Under the pieces are notes generated by a model. That model worked only from the letters and a program-made list of their open reading frames with translations. It was not told where the DNA came from and searched no databases. Positions 29,616-39,757 of a stretch of DNA of 64,000 nucleotides are shown here, one piece after another. Position 1 is the stretch's first letter; each line of letters begins with the position of its first letter. Made by a program: the position numbers and the translations under genes. Source of the DNA: Candidatus Woesebacteria bacterium RIFCSPLOWO2_01_FULL_44_24b (GTDB lineage Bacteria; Patescibacteriota; Microgenomatia; UBA8517); contig MGHM01000020.1 of assembly GCA_001793235.1 (NCBI GenBank), forward strand, positions 33,677 to 97,676. The letters run 5' to 3'.

Positions 29616-30806
29616 TCAATTTGTGGGTTCAAATCTGTAGATCTTATCATCCCCCTCACGCACGTTTCCCCGGCCGTCGCGGTTACTGGTACTAAAATAA
29701 ATCAAGCCGTCCGGACCTTCGATTACATCGCGAATACGGCCGAAGCTGATGTCCATCTTCTCATAACTCACAATTTCTTCAGGATTACTGTCGTTTACTA
29801 CCACCCTAAAAAGTCCTGCTCCACGGAGTGCCGTAAAGAAGAAGTTATTTTTAAACTGCGGAAAAACTCTGCCGGAATAAAAGCTTGCTCCAGATGGCGC
29901 TTCAGCAGGAGTAAAAACCAGCTTCGGGCTCTCCATCCCCTGAAGCGACCGCTCATGGCTCACGACCGGCCAGCCATAGTTTAAGCCCTTCTTTATCACA
30001 TTTACTTCATCCCCTCCCCCGGGCCCGTCATTGCCACTGGGCCCATGCTCAGTTTCAAACATTACCCCACTTGTGTGCCAAGCTATGCCTTGGGGGTTCC
30101 TGTGGCCATAGCTCCAAATCAATGATGAGAAAGGATTGTCAGTGGGAACCGTGCCGTCGTCGTTCATGCGAAGTATCTTGCCGTTTAATACATTCAAGTT
30201 TTGAGCCTGCTCCTTGGTGGTTGCATCCCCGGTAGTCACATACAATTTATCATCTGGACCAAATTGTATTCTGCAGCCAGCATGAAAGCGCGCGGCAGGA
30301 AAGCTATCCAAAATCACGCGGTCCCGCACCAAGCTGTCGCCTTTGTCAACAAATCTCTCAACCTTATCTGCCATCCCGGAGCCGTTCTGATACGTCAAGC
30401 ATGCATAAACATATTTATTGGAATTATAATTTGGGTGAATAGTAATGCCCATCAAGCCGCTCTCGGCCACTTCCACCACTTCAGTCAACTGAATTAAAGG
30501 GTTTGAATTCAAAGTCCCATTTACTACTTCACGAATAGTGCCACCTCGCTCACTCACAAGCATCCGCGCGGGAGAGGTAAAAACCATGCTCCAGGGAGTA
30601 TCTAGCCCGCGGGTGTATTCAACTATTTCGTAATCAACAGGTTCCAGATTTTCTTGTGAATTTTGCGGTGTGGGAATAAGATTTATTACTTTACCAGGCC
30701 GAACCCCATTTTGGGGCAAGTTATAAGCATAAGCCAAATAAGCCAAGATAGCTAGAACAATAAGTGCAAAAAAAATTACTAATCTTCTGGACTTAAGAAG
30801 TTGCAC
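29616..30806 (-). CDS. PQQ-dependent sugar dehydrogenase (GSDH family)
   Basis: FGPDDKLYVTTGD, YGHRNPQG, NYGWP and GRIRDV motifs. Confidence 0.92.
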   Translation of the reverse strand: MQLLKSRRLVIFFALIVLAILAYLAYAYNLPQNGVRPGKVINLIPTPQNSQENLEPVDYEIVEYTRGLDTPWSMVFTSPARMLVSERGGTIREVVNGTLNSNPLIQLTEVVEVAESGLMGITIHPNYNSNKYVYACLTYQNGSGMADKVERFVDKGDSLVRDRVILDSFPAARFHAGCRIQFGPDDKLYVTTGDATTKEQAQNLNVLNGKILRMNDDGTVPTDNPFSSLIWSYGHRNPQGIAWHTSGVMFETEHGPSGNDGPGGGDEVNVIKKGLNYGWPVVSHERSLQGMESPKLVFTPAEAPSGASFYSGRVFPQFKNNFFFTALRGAGLFRVVVNDSNPEEIVSYEKMDISFGRIRDVIEGPDGLIYFSTSNRDGRGNVREGDDKIYRFEPTN

Positions 30807-30846
30807 TGGAGTTATTATACCAAAAACTTGCTTACCACGTTCTACG

Positions 30847-30921
30847 TGGTGAGCCCGGGAGGGCTCGAACCTCCAACCATCACCTTAAAAGGGTGTTGCT
30901 CTACCATTGAGCTACGGGCCC
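30847..30921 (-). tRNA. tRNA-Lys(TTT)
   Basis: Cloverleaf, CT-TTT-AA, encoded CCA. Confidence 0.95.
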
Positions 30922-31011
30922 AGGAAACTCCAATATTATACCTTTTGGCTAAGGAAACTTCAAAATAAATATATCCTTGCCTTTTCGGACCAAGAATATA
31001 TACTAAAAGTA

Positions 31012-31710
31012 ATGATTAATAAAAGTTCAGTAAGAGATCGGAACAAAGAATTTTTCAAAGCTTGTATCGAGCTGAGGAAACAAGGTCTCAGTTACAGCGA
31101 GATTCGTGCTCAAGTGCCAGTCGCAAAGTCAACTCTCCAAAATTGGCTGACTTTAGCAGGCCTGACTCTTACAAAAGAACATCTCGAAATACAGTTACGA
31201 AAAAGGGTAGAAAGCAGAAGTGCAGCAACTGAAGCCTCGAGGCTTACAAGAGCTCAAAATACAGAAGATGAAATTAACAAAATGATTCAAGAGACTCGGA
31301 AATTCTTTGGTGATCCCCTCTTTATCACAGGAACTATCTTATATGAGGCAGAGGGTAGCAAGTCAGGTCAGTGCAAATTTTCCAATTCAGACTCTAGATT
31401 AATAAAAACCTTCCTCTTGTTTCTTGAGAAATTTTTCAAGGTAGATAAAACAAAAAACATAGGATTTTCTCTTTTTGTTCATATCACCAGGAAATATGAT
31501 CTAAATAGGATCAAGTCTTTCTGGGCTCAAGAATTACTTGTCCCAGTGGAAAATGTAAAAGTTTATTGGAAGAAAAATGAAGTTGTTAATAGAAGGAAAA
31601 ATCTTGATTATGTGGGACAAATGCTTGTTAGTGTAAGGGGAATACGCACTTTTAGTAGAAAACTACTGGCGATTTCGGATATAATACTCAGGCCATATTA
31701 TAGAAGTTAA
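31012..31710 (+). CDS. HTH + LAGLIDADG-like hypothetical protein
   Basis: LRKQGLSYSEI..VAKSTL..W HTH; GTILYEAEGS and FSNSD motifs; ATG at 31012. Confidence 0.7.
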   Translation: MINKSSVRDRNKEFFKACIELRKQGLSYSEIRAQVPVAKSTLQNWLTLAGLTLTKEHLEIQLRKRVESRSAATEASRLTRAQNTEDEINKMIQETRKFFGDPLFITGTILYEAEGSKSGQCKFSNSDSRLIKTFLLFLEKFFKVDKTKNIGFSLFVHITRKYDLNRIKSFWAQELLVPVENVKVYWKKNEVVNRRKNLDYVGQMLVSVRGIRTFSRKLLAISDIILRPYYRS

Positions 31711-31716
31711 ATATTT

Positions 31717-31787
31717 TGCCCGGTGGTGTAGTGGTAGCACGCCAGGTTTTGGCCCTGGAAACTGGGGTTCAAGTCCCTGCCGGGCAG
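31717..31787 (+). tRNA. tRNA-Gln(TTG)
   Basis: Cloverleaf, TT-TTG-GC. Confidence 0.93.
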
Positions 31788-31810
31788 CAAGCAGGCATAA
31801 ATTCCTGATG

Positions 31811-31885
31811 TGACCCCATTGGGATTTGAACCCAAGTTACAAGAATGAAAGTCTCGTGTCCTAGACCAGGCTAGACGATGGGGCC
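31811..31885 (-). tRNA. tRNA-Glu(TTC)
   Basis: Cloverleaf, CT-TTC-AT. Confidence 0.93.
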
Positions 31886-31928
31886 CCTAGTTTGAGTATT
31901 TTAGCACAAAACTTGCTAAAATATGTAT

Positions 31929-32459
31929 ATGGTCAAACATGGGTCAAAGCACTTGAGGCATAACACCCCTACCCAGGAAGAGCTAAAGGAGATCAAAAGA
32001 AACCCGATTTATCTGGTTTTAGATAATGTACTTGATACATATAATATCGGTTCGCTTTTCAGGCTCGCGGACGCCATAGCGGCCGAAAAGTTATATATTT
32101 GCGGAGACTCCGAATATCCGCCATCGTCAAGAATCCACAAATCTGCCGTCGGCACCGAAGAATGGGTGCCTTGGGCGAAAGCAGACAAAGCAATTGAGGT
32201 TATTAAGAGATTAAGAGATAAAGGAGTACGGATAATCTCGGTTGAACAAAATCCCCAAGCTACCAGCTACAAACTACTAACTCCCAATTTTCCTTGTGCC
32301 ATTGTTGTGGGCCACGAAACCAAAGGTGTTTCAAAAGAGGTTTTAAAGCTCTCCGACATTATTGTTGAGCTCCCAATGTACGGCGTCAATAAATCATTTA
32401 ATGTATGGGGATCAGCAGCTGTGATTGCCTACAAAATACTCGAAACTTTAGGAAGATAG
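31929..32459 (+). CDS. TrmH/SpoU family RNA methyltransferase
   Basis: NIGSLFR, VGHETKGV and LPMYGVNKSFNV SPOUT motifs. Confidence 0.9.
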   Translation: MVKHGSKHLRHNTPTQEELKEIKRNPIYLVLDNVLDTYNIGSLFRLADAIAAEKLYICGDSEYPPSSRIHKSAVGTEEWVPWAKADKAIEVIKRLRDKGVRIISVEQNPQATSYKLLTPNFPCAIVVGHETKGVSKEVLKLSDIIVELPMYGVNKSFNVWGSAAVIAYKILETLGR

Positions 32460-33197
32460 AGCTTCTTCTATAGTTTGCTTTAAACTCTCATATGGAACCG
32501 CTCCTGGCACAAGCCAAACCTCGCCTTTTTTGTTTACTATAAAGTTACCAGGCGTTCCGGTCACTCCTGCTGTTATTCCTCCCTGATAATCATCTTCAAC
32601 TACGCCTTCGTGCCGAGATTCACTAAAGCACTTGTCAAAAGCTGCTTTATTTATCCCCAGCTTGACTGCCGTAGCCGAGTGGTCCGCCAAAGCCACAGCC
32701 TGATTGCCAAAAACTTCGTCGGCATATTTCCAGAAAGCATCCTTCCCACCAAGCTCAGCCACACACTCAGAAGCATTGGCCGCCGGTCTTGCTTTCGGAT
32801 GAATCGAGTCAAGCGGAAAATGCCTGTAAACCCAAGACATTCTTTCTCCATACTCATCTTTCAGCTGTTGAGCTGTCGGGTGGAAACTCCCACAGAAGGG
32901 GCACTCGAAATCCGAATATTCTATTAGGGTTACATCGGCCGATGCCGAACCGCGAATATGATCATCCACGGTTACTTTAGGCAATTCTGCGGCATCCGCG
33001 GCTTCAAGTCTCCCGGAAGTAGGCCCAGATGGCGCTACGGGGGCGTTATTATTTACGGTTGGTGTAGTAGGAGTGCCACCTTTGCCCAGATCGCTTACCT
33101 TTTGCCAGAGCACCCCCACTGCAAACGCAAGGGCTATAACAACTACCAAAAGAATTGGAGCTACTCTATCGTAAAAACTTGCTGTACGTTTTACCAT
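32448..33197 (-). CDS. DsbA/BdbD-like membrane-anchored thioredoxin-fold protein
   Basis: YSDFECPFC, RHFPL, GVTGTP. Confidence 0.92.
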   Translation of the reverse strand: MVKRTASFYDRVAPILLVVVIALAFAVGVLWQKVSDLGKGGTPTTPTVNNNAPVAPSGPTSGRLEAADAAELPKVTVDDHIRGSASADVTLIEYSDFECPFCGSFHPTAQQLKDEYGERMSWVYRHFPLDSIHPKARPAANASECVAELGGKDAFWKYADEVFGNQAVALADHSATAVKLGINKAAFDKCFSESRHEGVVEDDYQGGITAGVTGTPGNFIVNKKGEVWLVPGAVPYESLKQTIEEALSS

Positions 33198-33224
33198 AAT
33201 GCGACTGACGTCGTGAAACTCATT

Positions 33225-34199
33225 CTAATAGTTCGGAGGCTCTTTGTCTAGATGCTTTAAAGCCTCCATTCCCGCCATACATCCAAAACCGGCAGCAGTC
33301 ACTGCCTGGCGGTAATGAAAATCATGCACATCCCCCGCAACAAATACGCCCTCCTTACTTGTTGCCATCTTATACCCGTCTTTCTCATACCTTTTAACAT
33401 ATCCCTTCTCGTCCAGCTCAACTTGGCCTTTAAAAATTTCAGTCGCGGGAACGTGGCCGATTGCCACAAAAGCGCCCTCAGCCGGAAGCTCGGCGGCTTT
33501 CCCATCTTTATCTTTCACAATAACCTTCTCAAGCTTGTCGCCGCCCACAAATTCAGTAACTTCAGAATTCCAAATTACATTAATCTTTTTATTGGCAAGT
33601 ACCTTCTGCTGCATAGCCTGGGAGGCCCGAAACGCGTCTCTTCTGTGAATGATTGTTACTGAAGTTGCATATTTGGTAAGTACCAGTGCCTCCTCCATTG
33701 CCGAGTCTCCGCCGCCAACCACCACCACCCGTTTCTCCTTAAAAAATGGCGCATCACACGGGGCACAAGAACTTACCCCCCGCCCGCGGAGCTTTTCTTC
33801 ACCGGGAACTCCGAGCCAGTGAGTGCCGGCGCCGGTTCCGATAATCACAGCATTGGCGGAGTACTCCCCGGCATCAGTCTTTAATTTAAAAGGGTTTGAG
33901 GAAAAATCCACACTAACCACATCTTCTGCCTTAAATTCAGCATCAAAGCGCTCGGCTTGAGCGCGCATTTTAGCCACCAACTCCGGCCCCTGAATGCCTT
34001 CTGGAAAACCCGGGTAATTATCTACGTCGGTCGTAAGCATCAGCTGCCCCCCCCAGTTAGCGCCCCCAAGAATCAAGGTAGAAGCTGCGCCACGCGTTGA
34101 GTAAACCGCAGCACTAAAAGCAGAAGGGCCAGACCCTATGATTGCAACATCCCAAGGCTGACCCTCCTGCGGTTTTTCAAAGAATTTAGTATTCTCCAT
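33225..34199 (-). CDS. trxB: Thioredoxin reductase
   Basis: IIGSGP, CAPCD, GGGDSAMEE, RQAVTAAG. Confidence 0.95.
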   Translation of the reverse strand: MENTKFFEKPQEGQPWDVAIIGSGPSAFSAAVYSTRGAASTLILGGANWGGQLMLTTDVDNYPGFPEGIQGPELVAKMRAQAERFDAEFKAEDVVSVDFSSNPFKLKTDAGEYSANAVIIGTGAGTHWLGVPGEEKLRGRGVSSCAPCDAPFFKEKRVVVVGGGDSAMEEALVLTKYATSVTIIHRRDAFRASQAMQQKVLANKKINVIWNSEVTEFVGGDKLEKVIVKDKDGKAAELPAEGAFVAIGHVPATEIFKGQVELDEKGYVKRYEKDGYKMATSKEGVFVAGDVHDFHYRQAVTAAGFGCMAGMEALKHLDKEPPNY

Positions 34200-34207
34200 C
34201 AGGAATC

Positions 34208-34468
34208 TTAAACAGTGTCTCCACCCGTTCCGTCAGCTGGTGGCATTCCTCCAACCACTGGGCCTCCCATTACTGACGGCTCAGAAGCTGCTGGCACTGG
34301 AGGTACTACTGACTCTGGCTCCACTGGCTCAATAACCGGTGGATTCACAGATGCACTACCCAATCCAGACCCCATTGATCCAACCGGCTCAACAGGCGCT
34401 GCCGGTGCTGTTCCTGCCATACCTCCTCCAACAACCGGCACGGCTGGCTTCATTTTATTATCATCCAA
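34208..34468 (-). CDS. Pro/Gly-rich low-complexity small protein
   Basis: Between trxA and trxB, with an AGGAGGTG Shine-Dalgarno. Confidence 0.55.
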   Translation of the reverse strand: MDDNKMKPAVPVVGGGMAGTAPAAPVEPVGSMGSGLGSASVNPPVIEPVEPESVVPPVPAASEPSVMGGPVVGGMPPADGTGGDTV

Positions 34469-34483
34469 AATACATCACCTCCT

Positions 34484-34807
34484 TCAATTAACTACTTTCT
34501 TGATTAAATCTTCAAATCCCTTTTTCCCGGCAAACCCAACTTGTCTTCCCTCTTCCCTGCCACCTTTAAAAAGGATAGTGGTAGGGATAGACATTACGCC
34601 ATATTTCCCCGGATTATCCTGATTTTCATCAACATTTATTTTGGCGATAACTACTTTATCTTTATATGCTTCGGAGAGCTCCTCCAAAACCGGTTCCGCG
34701 AGCCTGCAAGGCCCACACCAAGGCGCCCAGAAGTCTACAAGTACAGGGGTTTTACTTTGAAGAACCCTTGCGTCGAAGTCGCCATCTGTAATGTTCACCG
34801 TTGCCAT
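34484..34807 (-). CDS. trxA: Thioredoxin
   Basis: WAPWCGPC. Confidence 0.96.
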   Translation of the reverse strand: MATVNITDGDFDARVLQSKTPVLVDFWAPWCGPCRLAEPVLEELSEAYKDKVVIAKINVDENQDNPGKYGVMSIPTTILFKGGREEGRQVGFAGKKGFEDLIKKVVN

Positions 34808-34854
34808 ACGTAAATCACTATACTAACCTAAGCTCAGCGAGTCAAGAATTAATT

Positions 34855-36363
34855 TCACAAACTATACATTTCACTATACTTCTTTTTCAAGTAATCCAAA
34901 AAATAATCAGGCGATAAGGGCTTGCCGGTCACCCTTTTAACAAGCTCCTTCGGCCAATATAAACTGCCGTATTGGTGGATATTTTTCCGCTGCCAGGAAA
35001 GAATGGTCCCAAAATCACCTTCGCGGATTAGTTTCGCCAAAGCCAACTCCCTCTTCATAAAAAACGTAAATTGCGCAGCATACAAGTTGCCTAAAGTGTA
35101 CGTTGGAAAATAGCCAAACGAGCCGTGGCTCCAATGTACATCCTGTAAAACCCCTTCCGAGTCGCTCTTGGGTTCCACCCCCAAATACTTTTTCATCTTG
35201 GTTCTCCAAACTTCGGGCAAGTCCTCGACTTTAATTTTACCATTAATTATGGCCTCTTCAAGCTCAAACCGAAGAGCAATGTGGAGGTTATAAGTCACTT
35301 CGTCAGCTTCTACTCTAATAAGACTCGGGCGGACCATGTTAAATGCTTTACTAAGACTCTCTGCTGTTTCAGCATTTAATTCCTTTTGATAAAAGGCCTT
35401 GAGAACCGGCTCCAAAAACTCCACAAACTCACGGCTTCTGCCAACCTGATTTTCCCAAAAGCGCGATTGAGATTCATGAATACCCAAGCTCACCCCGCCG
35501 GCAAGTGGAGTGCCATCAAATTCCCGCACGATCCCCTGTTCATAAAGCGCGTGTCCGCCTTCGTGCATGGCAACCATCACGGACTCAATAAAATTGTGAG
35601 GAGAATATCTGTTGGTGATTCGCACATCCCCCGCCCCTAGCTCAATAGTAAAAGGGTGGGCTGCCACGTCCATTCTTCCAGCGCTAAAATCATAGCCTAT
35701 CTTATTTAAGACAAAATCGGCAATTTGTTTTTGATAAGTCGGGGAGTACTCAGTAGTCAACAACTTATTTTCATCAATTAAATACGCTTGGGACTTTTTA
35801 ATTTTTGTGAGTAGCGCGCCAAGTTCTTTGACCAAACTGCCAAAGATTACTTTTCCTTCTTTGGTCGTAAAGCCGGGCTCATACATATCAAGTAATGCAT
35901 CATACGGTTTATCGCTATAACCAATGTGCTCAGCGATGATTTTACTTAAGGCAATCACTTTTTTAAGGTGGGGCTCAAATAATTTATATTTATTTTTTTC
36001 TCGAGCTTCACGCCAGGCAAAAAATGCTTTTGAAGTGGTTTCGCTTAAGTTCACAATTGTCTCCTGAGGAACTCTGTGATAAAACTTTGCGCCTTGAACA
36101 AGATTCCTAACTATTGCCTTCTCATGTGCATTCAGGTTCCTAGCTTCTTGGGCCTTCTCTAATGTCTTTTTAAAATCCGTGTCCAGCCATTTGTCGGAAG
36201 TGAGCTTTGTGAGGTAGGCGCTCTGGGCAGACCTTGCTTCCATCGCCCGGCTCGGTAAATTAACCTCCAAATCCCAACTAAGAAGTGCGCTTACGTTATT
36301 AAGAAGAGAAATCTCGCGGTACTGGCTGACCAATTTTTTAACATAAATGTTTTCAATTTTCAT
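34855..36363 (-). CDS. Carboxypeptidase M32
   Basis: HEGGHALYEQ, HESQSRFWEN, QDVHW, GYFPTY; ATG at 36363. Confidence 0.94.
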   Translation of the reverse strand: MKIENIYVKKLVSQYREISLLNNVSALLSWDLEVNLPSRAMEARSAQSAYLTKLTSDKWLDTDFKKTLEKAQEARNLNAHEKAIVRNLVQGAKFYHRVPQETIVNLSETTSKAFFAWREAREKNKYKLFEPHLKKVIALSKIIAEHIGYSDKPYDALLDMYEPGFTTKEGKVIFGSLVKELGALLTKIKKSQAYLIDENKLLTTEYSPTYQKQIADFVLNKIGYDFSAGRMDVAAHPFTIELGAGDVRITNRYSPHNFIESVMVAMHEGGHALYEQGIVREFDGTPLAGGVSLGIHESQSRFWENQVGRSREFVEFLEPVLKAFYQKELNAETAESLSKAFNMVRPSLIRVEADEVTYNLHIALRFELEEAIINGKIKVEDLPEVWRTKMKKYLGVEPKSDSEGVLQDVHWSHGSFGYFPTYTLGNLYAAQFTFFMKRELALAKLIREGDFGTILSWQRKNIHQYGSLYWPKELVKRVTGKPLSPDYFLDYLKKKYSEMYSL

Positions 36364-36398
36364 GCGATGAGTGTATCTTACAGAGTATAATATAGTCA

Positions 36399-37667
36399 AT
36401 GAACTTTAAGAACTTGCGCCAAAGGCACCCGAAGTTTGTGTATGAAGAATTTGATTATCGTGTTCACAAAAATTTTCTTCAGATAAAGTTTCATTTTTGG
36501 CTGGCACCGGATACTCACTTCTCCCCCACTTTGGAAATTCCGGTGCCCGATGAAACTTCAGATAACTTAGACAATCTTGTCTTTCACTTGGGTTTGATAG
36601 AAATGATTAGTTATTGGAAAGCAACGTGCTCACCAAACATCGTTATTAAAGCCGGGAAATTGACTGGGGAACAAATTGCCTGGTGGAGGCACTTATTCAT
36701 AAACGGTCTTGGTGAATTTTTCTATCAAAATGAGATAGACTTTAATCAAGAAAACTTTCTGACTATTAATTCCGAAGGAAGCGAATTTGATATTTCCGAA
36801 ACTAAGAAATCCGAAGGCAATTTAATTTTAATAGGCGGCGGCAAAGACTCAGCTGTCACCGCAGAACTTCTTGAAGGTACCGCGCTTCTTCTTAACCCCA
36901 CGGGTGCAGCTCTCAAAGTTACAGAGATCTCGGAGCTTAATTCAATAATTATTAAACGAACCATCGACCCAACACTTCTTCAATTAAATGTTCAGGGCTA
37001 TCTAAACGGCCATACTCCATTTTCTGCTTACCTTTCTTTTCTTTCTCTGCTTGTTGCAAGGCTTTATGGTTTTAAAAATATCGTTGTTTCAAATGAGGCA
37101 AGTGCGGGAGAGGCAAACTTGGAATACTTGGGTTTAAAAGTAAATCACCAATACTCCAAATCATTTGAATATGAAAAATTGTTTAGAGAATACACAAAAA
37201 AATATCTATCAAAAAAGATAAATTATTTCAGTTTCCTGCGTCCCTTAAACGAGCTGCAGATCGCAGCACTCTTTGTGCAAACCGAAAAGTATGACAAAGC
37301 ATTTAATAGCTGCAACATAGGAAGAAACGAGTATTGGTGTGGGGAATGTCCCAAGTGCGCGTTTAGCTTTCTTATCTTATCTTCTTTAATAGACAAAACA
37401 CGTCTCGAGAAAATATTTGGCGAAAGCGATTTCTTTAAAAATGAAAAAATAAAAAGGCATATCAAAGACTTAACCGGCGAGGGCAAACATAAACCCTTGG
37501 ACTGTGTGGGGACTGAAGAAGAAAGTAAAATGGCTCTCAAATTAATTGGCAGTCCCAATGACCAAGGAGTTATTTATAGAATAAAAAATGATTGGTCGGA
37601 TGAGCATTTTTTACCGGAAGAATATAGTAAACTCCTAAAGGACAAAATGGCATCCCTCAAATTATGA
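36399..37667 (+). CDS. murL: MurL-like UDP-MurNAc-L-Ala-L-Glu epimerase
   Basis: SYWKA, GGKDS, GHTPFS, NHQYSKS, FSFLRP, WCGECPKC, KPLDCVG; overlaps the murD-like gene. Confidence 0.8.
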   Translation: MNFKNLRQRHPKFVYEEFDYRVHKNFLQIKFHFWLAPDTHFSPTLEIPVPDETSDNLDNLVFHLGLIEMISYWKATCSPNIVIKAGKLTGEQIAWWRHLFINGLGEFFYQNEIDFNQENFLTINSEGSEFDISETKKSEGNLILIGGGKDSAVTAELLEGTALLLNPTGAALKVTEISELNSIIIKRTIDPTLLQLNVQGYLNGHTPFSAYLSFLSLLVARLYGFKNIVVSNEASAGEANLEYLGLKVNHQYSKSFEYEKLFREYTKKYLSKKINYFSFLRPLNELQIAALFVQTEKYDKAFNSCNIGRNEYWCGECPKCAFSFLILSSLIDKTRLEKIFGESDFFKNEKIKRHIKDLTGEGKHKPLDCVGTEEESKMALKLIGSPNDQGVIYRIKNDWSDEHFLPEEYSKLLKDKMASLKL

Positions 37668-38944
37668 GTGAAATTCAAGGCGACACAATATTAATTGCCG
37701 GTTTTGGCCGGGAAGGCCAGAGTACACTTGCCTACTTGCGCGAACATTATCCAAGAGTTCAAGTCGCAGTAGCTGACAGAAACGCCGACGCAATAAAGTA
37801 TGTGCACCACCGGACTTTTTCCGGCGAGGGTTACCTTGACGAGATCGAAGAATTCGACACAGTCATCAAGTCACCCGGCATTCCCCCGGAGGAAATTTTC
37901 AAAAAAGCAAAGCATTTAACAACTCATACTAATATCTTTTTTGAAGCATGCCCGGGTAGAATCATCGGTGTTTCCGGAACCAAGGGTAAAAGCACTACAT
38001 CAACCCTAATCGCCCACGTTCTGACAGAAGGAATGAAGAAAAAAATAAGATGGAAAACTATCATGCCAGATATAAGGCTGATCGGAAACGTTGGAAAACC
38101 TGCTTTGGATTATCTCGAAAGCTCAAATGAAGACACAATTTTTGTAATGGAGCTTTCCAGCTATCAATTGATGGATGTTCGCTATTCCCCATATATTGCA
38201 GTTTTACTTCCAATATATGAAGAGCATCTTAATTACCACGGCAGCATGGAAAATTATGTTGCCGCTAAAGCAAACATAACAAAATACCAATCGAGCGATG
38301 ATTACTTTTTTTATTACGAAGGGAATGATTACTGTAAGTCTATTGCATCAAAAAGTCCGACTACGCAAGTTTCCTTCAGAAAATTTATCGGCGACACCCC
38401 ACTCCTGGGAGAAGCAAATCAAATTAATGCCGGTGCGGCAGTTGCCGTTGCCACTCATTTCGCGATTCCCGGCAAGAAGATACTGACTGCACTTGGCACT
38501 TTTAAATCCCTCCCCCACCGACTAGAAAACATTGGAACTTACAAAGATATAGAATTTATAAACGATTCTTTGGCTACTATCCCCGAAGCCACAATGCACG
38601 CCTTAGAAGCTCTTGGAGATAAGGTAGAAACACTTATAGCGGGAGGCTTTGACCGCGGAATAAACTTTTCAAAGCTTGGACCCGAAATTGCCACATCCGG
38701 TGTAAAAACATTGATATTATTCCCGGACACCGGTAAAAAAATTGCAGAAGCGCTGCCGAAAAAAAATACCATAAAAATATTTCACACGGACTCAATGAAA
38801 GAAGCAGTCAAGCTCGCATACAAGAATACTTCAGAAGGAAAAATTTGTCTTCTTTCACCCGCATCCACAAGTTTTAACCTATTCAAGGATTATGAAGAGC
38901 GCGGAAATGCTTTCCGTGCCTCGGTACAAGAACTAGGAAAGTGA
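37664..38944 (+). CDS. murD: UDP-MurNAc-L-Ala:Glu ligase (MurD/MurD2)
   Basis: KSPGI, GTKGKSTT, ELSSYQL, LPHRLE, NDSLAT, LLSPASTS. Confidence 0.92.
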   Translation: MSEIQGDTILIAGFGREGQSTLAYLREHYPRVQVAVADRNADAIKYVHHRTFSGEGYLDEIEEFDTVIKSPGIPPEEIFKKAKHLTTHTNIFFEACPGRIIGVSGTKGKSTTSTLIAHVLTEGMKKKIRWKTIMPDIRLIGNVGKPALDYLESSNEDTIFVMELSSYQLMDVRYSPYIAVLLPIYEEHLNYHGSMENYVAAKANITKYQSSDDYFFYYEGNDYCKSIASKSPTTQVSFRKFIGDTPLLGEANQINAGAAVAVATHFAIPGKKILTALGTFKSLPHRLENIGTYKDIEFINDSLATIPEATMHALEALGDKVETLIAGGFDRGINFSKLGPEIATSGVKTLILFPDTGKKIAEALPKKNTIKIFHTDSMKEAVKLAYKNTSEGKICLLSPASTSFNLFKDYEERGNAFRASVQELGK

Positions 38945-39757
38945 TTTTGCCCAGTGAAGAGCGCCCCAAAGGCCACCGAAGTCGGCAATTTCAGCCATTC
39001 TAACTTGAGGCAACTCGTGGAAAATCGTGAGCATATTTTGCAAGTTCACTATCACACTTTGAAGGGGGATTTTTTTTGAAACCGCGCCACCCAAAACAAC
39101 CACTTCCGGCGACCAAAATAAAATTAAGTTGTTAAGACCATAGGCCACGAGGCGCGCTTCCTCTTCCCAAACGGCCGCATCATCAATTTCATGAGCAGCT
39201 TTGCCATGCCTTCGCATAAATTGTGAGCCAGCAACTAAATCCTCAAATACGCGTGCTTCGCCATCAAAAGTGTTGTCAAAGTCGATAATTTGTTTACCAA
39301 TTTCAAAGCCCAAAGCATTCGTATCAATTTTCTGGCTTACCACACGCACCCCGTTGACCCCAGTACTCACGGTCATATAGGCCACAATGTTAAAACCCCT
39401 TCCAGCCCCCTTTACAGCCTCCCCAAGACCAACCAAAGCCGTGTCGTTTTCTAAAAACACCTTGGCTCCGGTCAACTTTACAAGTTCCTCCCCCAAAGGC
39501 TTGTTGTTCCAATTGGGCAAATTGGGCGCCCTCGTAATCATGGTTTTTCCCTGATTTAAGGGCCCCGCAATACCACCTATTAGGGCACTCATCCCACTGA
39601 CCAAGCTTTTTGCTTTCTGAGTAAGAATGTTAACTCCCTCCCCGAAATCTTGAGGGGTCGGATAAATTTCAGTGTTTGCGATAGTCTCGCCATCAATGCT
39701 AACACCAATCCGCGTATGACTCGCCCCGATATCAAACAAAAAATATGGAGGTTTCAT
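38933..39757 (-). CDS. ROK family sugar kinase
   Basis: FDIGAS, ENDTALVGLGE, TVSTGV. Confidence 0.9.
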   Translation of the reverse strand: MKPPYFLFDIGASHTRIGVSIDGETIANTEIYPTPQDFGEGVNILTQKAKSLVSGMSALIGGIAGPLNQGKTMITRAPNLPNWNNKPLGEELVKLTGAKVFLENDTALVGLGEAVKGAGRGFNIVAYMTVSTGVNGVRVVSQKIDTNALGFEIGKQIIDFDNTFDGEARVFEDLVAGSQFMRRHGKAAHEIDDAAVWEEEARLVAYGLNNLILFWSPEVVVLGGAVSKKIPLQSVIVNLQNMLTIFHELPQVRMAEIADFGGLWGALHWAKSLS

